Source of the DNA: Kondoa subrosea
Taxonomy: Eukaryota
DNA: 64,000 bases
Direction: 5' to 3'
Assembly: GCA_039545335.1 (NCBI GenBank)
Contig: BCIN01000003.1
Location: 124,001 to 188,000, forward strand
Below are positions 53,975 through 64,000 of this stretch, piece after piece. Made by a program: the position numbers and the translations under genes. Under the pieces are notes generated by a model. It saw nothing but the letters and a program-made list of their open reading frames with translations. It did not search any database and was not told the DNA's origin. Numbering within the stretch: position 1 is the stretch's first letter; the number at the start of each line of letters is the position of its first letter.

Positions 53975-56900
53975 ATGAGCAAAGAGTTGACTAAATGGAT
54001 TCGGAAACAACTCAAGAAGCAAGCATTGGCTCAATATATCCCTGCAAAACAAGACAAGCAATTCACAGGTGGTGCTGTTCAATTGCTTAGGTCACAGAGC
54101 AGAGTCCATCAATACCCTTCCAAAGAAGATGGGACGCTGTGGTGCGATCTGGTTGATGCAGAGTGTTCTATACCTGCTAGAATCAGGCAGGAAGTCGCTT
54201 CTAAGGATCCCAAGTACGTGCTGACCTATTTCAGTTGCCTCGCTTGCTGATAGCCTCTCAGTATGGTGGATAAGCTTGTAGTTCGTTCTTCTTTCATGCT
54301 ATTCAGCTAGGATATATGTCAAAATGAAATATAGAAGTACCTAGGTGGAATCTTCATCATCAAGAAGTACAATATTCTATACTGTCCTCGTCCAATCCGT
54401 GGACCTAAGAACAGCAAGAAAGTGTACACCGAGCCTCAGCTATGTCTTGATATATTGGAAATGACTCTTCTACAACCTACACCTATGGCTGAGCATAAAG
54501 TCCAGCTCAGCGTTGATCAGATGGAAGAATTGGATGAGTGGAAGTGGCTGCTACGGATCGAGTGCATCCTTTCTTTGTATCCCCGACATCGGTCTGCTGA
54601 TACAGATTGCGCCTAGTTATTATGAGCGACAAAGAGTGCCAACAGAGGAAGAACTGGCAGCCCAATGGAAGGTTAGCTTTCTCTGCCTTTCCTTTCTACC
54701 CAACTTCTCCATTTACGAGATGCGCAGGGTTTCGATATCGATGACCTAGAACTGTTCAGACCATCCAATTGGCCAATTACTAACGATCCAGCTAATTCCA
54801 ATTCTACTACAAACGGAGGTAGTCAATCTTCTGTTCCTAATCCATCATTTGAGTTCGATGGTACTCCGAAAGAACAAAATGAACCTCTTCTAGCAATCGA
54901 TGAAGCTACTGCTTTAGCGCTGAACGAGGCAGAAGAAGATAGAGAAGGACCAAATGGAGTTCCTACTTCTTCATCACCTGTCAAACCGGATACTCAACAA
55001 GTAGATGATGCCGAAGAAGAAATGGTTGTTGCTACTCAATATTTCCCTGCTAGAACTGGTCAGAGTCAAGATGATGTTGAAGCTATGGAAAGCGAGGTCG
55101 CTAGTGAAGGTAGTTACGCTACTGACCCGGAAGAAGAGAGGAAGGAAAAGATTGAAGCGAAGAATGTTGTTGCGGAGACAATGAGTGGGCCTGGAAAGGA
55201 CACCGCGGCTGTGATCGAAGCGCAGAAGTCCAACGTGCCCGAGCATCACTCAACCAGACAAGCGCAGGAGCATCCAACCAGACAAGAGCAGGAGCAATCA
55301 TTACAAGAGCGACAAAGTCTTATCCTGCAGAGCGGCATCCTCTCGCAGCAAAAACAATCTCATCTTTCTCCTCCACCTCAGCGACCTCAATCTCATTCTC
55401 CTTCACCGAAACCATCCATCAAACTCGTTGATCACGCATCGAGAGTCTCCTCTTCCCAAAAGCGCGAATCATCTTCGCGTGAAGCTTCTGTTGCTCAACC
55501 AAACGACGCATCTCTTTCTTCCGTCAAACCAAACGTGCCCTCCTTTCCTTCGCTCACTGTGCCCCAAGCAGCTCAAGAAAGACGGACGATATCACCTCCC
55601 TTGACTCAGCCTCAGCAGATTGTTGTCCAACCTCCTACCTCTTCAGGAACAACGCTACCTAATTTCAGCGCTTTCTCAACACAACCTGTAATCGGTCCTT
55701 CAATCATCCAGGAAGTAGAAGCAGGTATGGATGTAGACGATCCGGCTCTACAGCAGAAGACGATTGAGAACAATTTGCGATGGGAGGAATATTTGTATGT
55801 TTACTTTTTCTCTGCCTCATTGAAATACAGAAGGGAGAACTGATTGTGTTATTATGCTTCAACAGATCGAATCAAGAAACTCTCAAGCAACTCGATCCTA
55901 TTTCTACTGTGGTCCCAGAACAAACAACTAGCAAAAGAGATGCTCAGAATAACAGGAAAAGAAGAGGATCATCTTTCTTCGAATCCGAATCGGAACACGA
56001 TGATAGACTTTCGAGGAAGAGAAGAAAGCAGTCAGAGCAAGAGCAAGATAGTAGTGAAGATGACCGGTTTTCAGCGCAACCACATCCGCAAATCACCAAT
56101 CGCTTGGACAGAGAGGAAGAATCAGCTCGACCTAGTCCTGAACCTGACTTGAACAGTGGTGAAGATCCAGTAGTTGATAAGAACAAGAGAGATTCCAGCG
56201 CTTCTCATTCTGCTGCTGAAGAACCTCTGCTACCGCAATCTAGAACCAGTCCGGCTTTAGAGAATATGAATATACCTCTGCCGCCTGACAAAATACCTTC
56301 GAAATCGCCGACACCTATGCAAGAAGCCAAGATCAGGTCAGATGATGCTGAAAAGGCAGTTTCTTCTGTACCTCCAAGGAAATCTATATCTCCTTCACCT
56401 ATAGCTGAAGAACTTCTTGATGAAACAACCAAAGAATCGCGACAACTCGTCGCTCCTTCTTCTTCACCTCCTAAAGATATAAGTTATAGCAGACGCAGCA
56501 CTAATGCTACTTTCATCGATTTTGACGATTTGATGTCACCTCCGCCTGAAGAACAACGCAAAGGGAAGAGGAAATTGCTATATAGGGATGAAATTAAGAG
56601 TGAGTCGGACTAATTGCGTCAAAGAGAGAGTAGATCTGATGCAAAGGTAGTTTTGCCTAATGATTTTGCAGAAGCAAGAAGACTCACGTCGCAATCGTAT
56701 GCTATCTCACATCGTATGAGATGTTCTACGGATTTCTGAGCAATACGTACAGCATTCATGGCGACATCTTGAATTCTGCCGGACCCAAGGTCGATATACC
56801 GCCGCCTGCGGAAGCTACTGAAGTCGCAGAAACGCTTGCACCAACTGCACAGCAAGCGATACCTGACTCTATGCAGGTCGAAGATCAAGCTGGAGAAGAA

Positions 56901-57641
56901 GAGGAACCCTTCGAAATGCCGCCATCGAGGCAAGCCTTATTCTTCTCTCCAGACATTTCTAAACGACAGTGCGTAGATTGGACAAAGGCAAAGGTCGAGC
57001 GATATCCCCGATCGGAAAAGAACAGCCAGTGGCGCATCGTCCTCCCGCTAGAGTAACTTCGATAGCAGCCGAATTCGATGATTCTTCTGCCGACGATTTG
57101 GAGCTGCTGGAAAGTCCGCCTGAAGAATTGCGAGCCAAAATGGTCGCACAAGTAGCTGTGCGTGTGACTAATTATGCCTTGCTGATGCTCAAATTCTTAA
57201 CAGAAACCGTCTATCAAACGGAAGCGAACTAGCTCGCCGCCAAAAGGATCTGTATCTAACGCATTTCCACCGCCAAATCACAGACTTTCGGTGCCGTCTA
57301 GCTCTAAGTCTCGATCACCAGCCAGATCTCTTCCACTTCAACCGCAAATTGCCATTGAGAAACCACCTGAACCAGCTCAAGGTCCGAAATCACCTGTTAA
57401 GCTTTTGGACAGCACTTCTCTCACGTTACCACCCTCTCCGAAGGTCTCCTTTTCTATATCGCCAGCAGTCAGATCTCGTTTGTCTCTAAATTTACTCAAG
57501 ATGCCAAACTATGCGAAAGATCCACGGTTTGTCTTCTTCTTAGAAGTTTTAGGCATCTAGCTGAAATCATTCAGACGTATCTCTGGTGCCCGTATGAAAG
57601 AGCTAGCTCGAACTTTGGGCAATCAAAGTGCTACGACTTAG
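53975..57641 (+). CDS. Putative Tpp1/Est3-like OB-fold protein with long disordered C-terminus
   Basis: N-terminus 'LTKWI...GAVQLL...LWCDLVDAECSIPARI...LGGIFIIKKY.I......LCLDI' resembles the TPP1/Est3 OB pattern, followed by long Ser/Pro/Glu-rich exons. The gene itself is clear; the family call is tentative. Confidence 0.55.
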
Positions 57642-58171
57642 CAAGGTCTGTCGCATCTTGCTTCTTTTGGCTGTCGACTCATTCAGATCGGACAATAGAA
57701 GCCCCAAATCCATATCTGCCCAATTGAGCCCCTCACGCCCTGCTATACCTGTTTGCCCAGCGATCAACTTTTGCGTTTTTTATGGTCTAAGAACATTTCA
57801 GCAGTTCTGGTCCTTCTGTTGTCATCTATCGTAACGCTCTGTATATTTGCTTCTTACTTGCCATACGTCAAATGCGTATAAGCTGCTCCGGGAGCACTCG
57901 AAGCTGAATCGATCCCGGTCGGCATGGTACTCCTAATCTCTCATGTCGCATGGCTCTGTCAGCGCATCTGATACAGTACTTCTATGCCCTTCCAGATACT
58001 ATCTTGCCAAGATCCGCACTTTGCAACCGGAAGTCACGCTTGGGGATTCGATACTCCTAAAGTTCTGAAACTTTCTGCCTGCGGCAAGCTCAACAACACT
58101 GCTGACTACTCAAACCATACCATTTATTTTTCTTCTCCTGTATACTCTTCACTCACAACATTGATCTCGTC

Positions 58172-60392
58172 ATGAAAACTTCTTCTCTTCTCACCTTTTT
58201 CTCCCTTGCCTTGGCTGTGCCTGCTTTGGCTCAGTGGGATGACCCCAACAGTCGTAAGTTTGTCTTACTGTTCTGTGGTATCGCGTTGATCTTTTCTTGC
58301 AGCGCTGTACCAAGCTCCGAGCCAAAATGCTACCAGAAACGCTGGTGCTGGAGGCAGCATCAACATAATAGGGGACGAATCCATCTCAAATGCTCTGTCT
58401 ACCGCCTTCGAGAAGTCTCTTGCCGAAGGCAGAGCGCCAGGTAAACCTATCTTTGTTATGTTTGTTGATCATTGCAACTGAAAAAATTTGTGGTGAACAG
58501 GCGGAGTCCTTCTTGCGTATCGACCTGCTTCAGCTGGGGGCAAGGAAGGTAGTGGTGATCTCTACATCCAGTCATTCGGTTCCAAGCTTGCTGGATCTTT
58601 CGAAGAATTCTTCCCTTTCGATACTGTCAGAATCGGATCTCTTACAAAGACATTTACTGCCAGTGCAGTCCTCAAGTTGATTGCAGAGGGGAAGACTACT
58701 CTCAACGCCGTGAGCCTAAGCCATGCTAAAGCAAATTTTAACGGTTTCTGACTCTCCTGCAGACTCTAGCAGAATTTAATAAGGACGGAAGATACGGGAA
58801 TCTGCCTAACCAGGATAAGATCACTCTCAAGCATCTCTTGCACATGAATTCTGGTATCTACGTCAGTCTTTCAAGGCTTTTGGACCTCTCGATTGCTGAC
58901 GCCTACAGTACATAGGAGGGATTGATGGATCCTAAGTTCTTACTAGGCCCTTATTCACATCCCGAGCAATCATGGAACGACACCGCTACTTTCCAGATCA
59001 TTGCGTCTGGGCCCGCTCGTTAGTTTCTTTGCAAAGCTGCTGAGCTTGTCTGAAGTCGCGAGTAGAATTCGAGCCTGGCACATCGCTCACCGCTAACTAT
59101 AGGTAGGTATTATAGCATTCTCTATATACTAAAGCTGACCTCTTATAGCAACACGAATTATATCTGTTAGTCCTCTTCGTTGAAACCGGCCCACGTATTT
59201 GACCCGCGTCTAATATTCGATCTGCAGTTTTGGGTGGTAAGCGAATGTCATCTTCATTTAGGCGTTATGCTCAAAGTCTACAGATGTCGTTCGCCAGATT
59301 TCTGGCAAGGAGCCTGGTGTATACATGAAGGAGAACTTCTTCGGTCAGTTGCAGACCGGTGTTTGCTCCGACTGTTCTTATTCTCACATCATTCTTTGCA
59401 GATCCTCTGGACTTGAAGCAAACTGCTTGGCCAGAAACAAACGAGATCGTGAGTCAAAAGCGACATCCTAAATATTCTGATTGAACATTGATTACCGAAT
59501 ATATATAGCCAGGTTCTCATCCCCAAGGCTGCATGTGAAGCCTTGCAATTTTAGTGCTCAAACTGATTATCGCACAGATGCTCCTTTCCCTTTGAACGGT
59601 ACTTTGGGCTTCAAAGATGCAACATTATCGAACCCAGGCTCTATGAGCTCTGCGTATGTTTAGGTATCCTAATTGAACAAACAAACTATGCTGACTTGAT
59701 TTGGCATGCAGCGGAACTCTCGTATCAAGCATTCGCGACATCGAAACTTGGTCCAAGGCTCTAGTGCAAGGTTCATCCAGCAACCCCGACGCTGAGCTTC
59801 ATCATGCTCGTCTGTACGACTATGGCAACCCAATGCCAATTCAAGGTTATACCTTGCCATTCGCTGGAATGCGATATGATTATGGACTAGGTGAGAAAGG
59901 TCTCGCGCGAGGCCTCAAAATTTGACTGAACATGTTCTAGGTGTCATGCGAGTCAACGATTACTTTGGACACGATGTAAGTTCCACTCGGATCAATTTAG
60001 TATCAAAGCTGACATCGTTTACAGGGGTAAATAACACGCTTTAAAGGCCAAACAAGGCTGACCACTATTGATCAGCAACGTCAAGGGATTCTCTACCGTA
60101 AGCCAGGCTGTCAATCTCGTTTGCGACAACTGAAGGGTGCGAATAGTTTATGCTCACTGGCGCAAAGTCAAATATCACCGTCGCCGGAGTATGCAACATC
60201 GGTCCAGGAGCTATTGGTCTGTCTTTAGCTGATGCTCTTCCGCTTCTGGCCATTCTCGATCCGTCCTTCAACTCGACCAACGGTGGGGATTTTGCAGTGT
60301 CACCAGATGCAGGATCTGGCGCTTCCTCAGCTACTTTGGCTGGTTCAACCAGTGTTGTTGCTGCGGCGATCGGCTCTTTGATGTTAATTTGA
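58172..60392 (+). CDS. Beta-lactamase/D-Ala-D-Ala peptidase-fold serine hydrolase, secreted, probable GPI anchor; many introns
   Basis: Signal peptide MKTSSLLTFFSLALAVPALA. SxxK 'RIGSLTKTFTA', 'ITLKHLLHMNSGI', YxN 'NYSNTNYI.LG', 'YGLG', 'FGHDG', and a C-terminal small-residue plus hydrophobic tail. Confidence 0.85.
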
Positions 60393-60632
60393 GTTTTGCG
60401 AGGAAGTTACTTAGCAACGAATAATGTAATGATGCTCTTGCGTGTACCTGTTGCGGCCGATACGGACAATATCTCTCTCTGCTGTTTCCATTTGACTTAT
60501 GTAATCGTTCGCAAACATAATTTTGATGCAAGTGCGATGGGGCATGTTATTTGGTCTGAACGACGACTTTGACCTCACACCAATTGTCAAGTATCGCCCA
60601 CGCCCACAAGCCAATCCAAGCACCTTTCAATC

Positions 60633-62078
60633 ATGGGTATCCTCTCTATCCCTGTCGAAATTCAAGTGCAGGTCTTCAAGAATCTGGCTTTTGATGGACA
60701 CGTTGAAACGAACGATCGGCTGCCTTATTGGCAAGACTTAGCTCGTTGTGCTGTACTGTGCAAAGCTCTCAAGCCTGTCGTGCTGGATTGTATGTATCAG
60801 TCGATTCACATCAAGATGGTCCATCTCAATGCAAATCAACGGGATCATTCCATCAGCAGAGGAGAGGGTGTGGTAGAGTTACTCAATTCAGCTACATACT
60901 TGGCAAACAGAGTCTCTTATCTGAGTGTACGCTTGCACGCGGCAGAGGAAGACGCGCTCGGCGTGCTTAGCTCTACGCTGGCTTTGATGCCCAATCTCAG
61001 CACTTTGAAACTTCAAACCAGTCACTGCTACCCCGAGAAGTATGGCAAGTTATCTTTCCCTCTTCTGCCTTCTCTCAAAAAACTGGTCTTCGAGCACTGG
61101 GGCTTTTTCGAACAAGGAGCCGGATCCCTGTATGAGATGGCCATCTTGCGATCGCCGAATCTCATCGAGATCGCTATCGAAAGCGGATTCTACGGCAATA
61201 TCTTCCTCGTCCGAGCGACTTCACGTGAACATTCCATCGGTATTAAGTCTCATTCGCTCGAGGAAACCCATGATCGCTCTCGATTCTTTACCTATTTCAT
61301 AGAGAGGCTATTCCAGGGTTCGCTCGGGTCTTGGGTTATTAAAGCGATGAAGTCTGATCGAAGAGATCCTTTTGATGAGATCTACGGCTGGCCTCTAGAA
61401 GGATCGTTTCAAGAGTACCTCGAGGGGCATACACTTCCCTTGATACATTGCGTAGAATGGGGTCGCACGGTCAACCGAGGACTCAAAACGTCAGTCAAGT
61501 GGAATACAATTATCGGAATCTTCCCCCATGTCACGCAATACACCCTCTTCGTTCTCCCAGATGATGCATCGACTTATCCACTTGACGAAGTCTTGACCTT
61601 CCTCCTTACACATCAATTCACTCAGCAACTCAACTACTTTCACATCAACCTGAATACTGCTGCCTTGACTCTTCCAGCTTTTCAGACTATCTCCAAACCG
61701 GACAGCCTCAAGAGATTATTGATCCTCACTTTCACTATCCATTTCAATTTCACTCTCGATCCTCCTGACTACCAGGCAAGTAAACAACGTGAACAACCTG
61801 CAAGACAAGAAAGAGAGCGCTTCTTGGCCGCATGCGATTTCTTGCGAGGCGCTACTTCATCTCATGGTATAGCAAAGGATGGATATCTGGTGGTACAATT
61901 CGGTTACAATGGTTGGAGAATGCGATTGATTTTCAGGGACGGGTCATTGCATGACGTGGTAAAGGATGATCTGTCTTCTGCTCAGGCTGCTACTTTGGAG
62001 AAATGGGATTGGCAAAGCGATGTCGAGGCTGGAGCAGGTGCTGTGCAAGACGTTACTGAGAAGGTATCGACAATGTAG
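60633..62078 (+). CDS. F-box-like protein, intronless
   Basis: 481 aa ORF starting 'ILSIPVEIQVQVF..L...DLARCAVLCKAL......MY..I', followed by LRR-like 'MPNLSTLKL' and 'LPSLKKLVF'. Confidence 0.75.
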   Translation: MGILSIPVEIQVQVFKNLAFDGHVETNDRLPYWQDLARCAVLCKALKPVVLDCMYQSIHIKMVHLNANQRDHSISRGEGVVELLNSATYLANRVSYLSVRLHAAEEDALGVLSSTLALMPNLSTLKLQTSHCYPEKYGKLSFPLLPSLKKLVFEHWGFFEQGAGSLYEMAILRSPNLIEIAIESGFYGNIFLVRATSREHSIGIKSHSLEETHDRSRFFTYFIERLFQGSLGSWVIKAMKSDRRDPFDEIYGWPLEGSFQEYLEGHTLPLIHCVEWGRTVNRGLKTSVKWNTIIGIFPHVTQYTLFVLPDDASTYPLDEVLTFLLTHQFTQQLNYFHINLNTAALTLPAFQTISKPDSLKRLLILTFTIHFNFTLDPPDYQASKQREQPARQERERFLAACDFLRGATSSHGIAKDGYLVVQFGYNGWRMRLIFRDGSLHDVVKDDLSSAQAATLEKWDWQSDVEAGAGAVQDVTEKVSTM

Positions 62079-62238
62079 GCTCAAGATGGGAAACGAGGTC
62101 ACATTGTTCTAACCTGGTTATAGTCAGCGATGCTTTCGCTAATCCGCTAAACGGTTGCTAATTGATCGTGATCAGCGATCATCTAAAAATTATCTAGACA
62201 GGGTTTGAAATGAACCACAATGCAAATGCTATCTATTT

Positions 62239-64000
62239 CTACAATTCAGTCTTGTCTACGCTAGCAAACCTGTTGCTGATTCTCTCCCAATTCCGCTGAC
62301 ATACATCCACAAGCTTGACGATCCATTCACCCGCTTGTGCATTCCCTCTATATTGCTGCCGCTGACTCCTCTCTTCCGCTGAGGATGATCTCCTCGAAGT
62401 AAAAATATTAGCTGCTTTGTTCTGTTTAGGTAATTCTATTGTTCTAGGTTTCGGTCGCTCTTGCTTTGGAGGACCATGTTTAGGAGGCTCTGGGAAGATG
62501 ATTTTAGGTTGATATCCTCCATTCAACATTGGGTTAGCGAAATGTATTGTTTCTTTAGCTTTCTTTGTAGCTGATGAAAGAGTTTCCGATATGCTGGAAA
62601 GAAGAGGTGATGAGGTAGGTACTTCTATAGACGAAGAGGAAGAAGAGACTGCTTGAGAAGAGACGGAAGACTGAGCTGAAATATCGCCAGCTTTAGATGC
62701 GTAAGGAATAGGTGCATCGAGATTGATAGCGCTGTCTCGTTTCGACCAAAGATCACGGAACTTCTCTATCGCTGCTAGACTTTGACTCATTCGGTGTAAG
62801 GTATTGAAGAATGCCACAATTTCAGATCGTTTCAAATCTAGATCAGCGAAGCTGCAAGCCATTATCAGATTTTATTTCTATTCACTCAACCCTGAATGCA
62901 ACTCACTTGTCATCTGTTCCGAACAGCAGTTTAAGAGCTGTGCCTAGACCAGTCACTTGCAATCCGCCCCAGAGTCTACATTTATCGCATCCGACGCAAT
63001 CCATGATTCTTGAGACGTTTCTAAAGTGATCTCTAAATTCATCTTTCAATGGCTGTCAGTGCAAGGCCCGGTCGTATTAGCTTTACGCCAATATACATCA
63101 TCTGTCGCAACTGACCTGTGCAGCGGAACCTGAAAACATGCCCGTCTCGTCAAAAGTAGGTTCACATTGGTCCACTCTGTCCAAGATGTTGTCCACCATT
63201 TTCCTAGTCTTTTGATCCTCCCTTTCATCTCCAGTACAGAAATCGAATTTCCTTAAAAACGGTGTAGCTTTATCCAAAGCTCTCAACAAGAGAACATAAT
63301 CAAAGTAAACATTTTGCAATCGTTCTGGATGTTCACCAATTCTAGAAATGAAGCAATCCAAGTTAGGTTTCCATTCTCCTGTCGCTTGATCCAAGTATTC
63401 ATCACAAATGTGAATGGAAATTGAAGCGTGTAAACCAGAAATCAAACGATAGTAGACTCTTTTTTCTAAACATTGTTCTTCTTCTTGTTCATCTCTTGGT
63501 CCTTGTAAAGAAGAAAGCAATTGATTCTTCCATGCTGTGTTTGATTTCGAAGGGTTATTGGGAATACCGAAAGATGAAGATGCGAATCCTGTTCCACCTA
63601 ATGTTTTCTCTCTAGCTGATTCCAAGAATGGGGAAGAAGGAGGAGGACCAAAACAGTTTTCTTCGTAGATTGCTTTCCAGACATTATGTGCTGATTCACC
63701 TGCGTAACCAGTGAATCGTTCAGGATTTTGGACTAGATCAAAGTAGAAAGCCGAATCGGATTGTTTGACTTGATTGTCTTCTATTTGACAGAAGTCGGAT
63801 TCGCGAAAGTAACAAGAATCTTCTGTTTCGTCTGAAGTCTGTCAAATGGGTGGATGACAATATGAGCCGTGGTTCATATTATTCTATCTTACCACTGACC
63901 GAGACTTGACTAGCATTTACCCTGGACAATTCAGACAGAGCTTGAGTCCTCCAATGTTCGGGCACATCCTCTTCTGAAATCTCTTGAACCGCGCAAGCCC
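62239..64000 (-). CDS. ERO1: ER oxidoreductin Ero1; 5' part outside the window
   Basis: '[22 protein letters not shown]', '[22 protein letters not shown]', 'RIG.HPERL.N.YF', '[20 protein letters not shown]' and '[11 protein letters not shown]'. Confidence 0.97.

Noticed and set aside
55241..55295. Imperfect tandem repeat (EHHSTRQAQ / EHPTRQEQ)
   Set aside because: Two-unit coding duplication in a disordered region; not an array or CRISPR-like structure.

Overview
Gene-dense eukaryotic (fungal) nuclear DNA with many short (~50 nt) GT-AG introns and CTRAY-type branch points. The style suggests a basidiomycete, possibly Pucciniomycotina (inference). About 28 protein genes were reconstructed by hand: BTB protein, amino-acid permease, VPS26, GDT1, CEF1/CDC5, ARPC4, nucleolar FKBP, AA11-like LPMO, RNase T2, MRC1-like, DUF1996, PMI, amidase, GNAT, MFS, pirin, SNF8, ferric reductase, HMMR_C coiled-coil, TPP1/Est3-like, beta-lactamase-fold serine hydrolase, F-box-like, ERO1 and several hypothetical genes. 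The standout structure is a ~12.3 kb inverted duplication at 6983-19237. Two mirror-image three-gene cassettes point outward around a 5 kb spacer that holds GDT1 and CEF1. Each cassette reads [Ser-rich gene] - [unique ~1.2 kb gene] - [CPL1/PriA-like secreted Cys-rich gene]. The flanking genes are paralogous and include an apparently identical 825 bp core. The two middle genes show no recognisable homology (idiomorph-like), and the right one encodes a Zn(II)2Cys6 motif hidden across four small exons. Catalytic motifs of other genes need 2-nt and 5-nt micro-exons. All exon structures are manual predictions. No rRNA, tRNA, transposon or CRISPR element was recognised.
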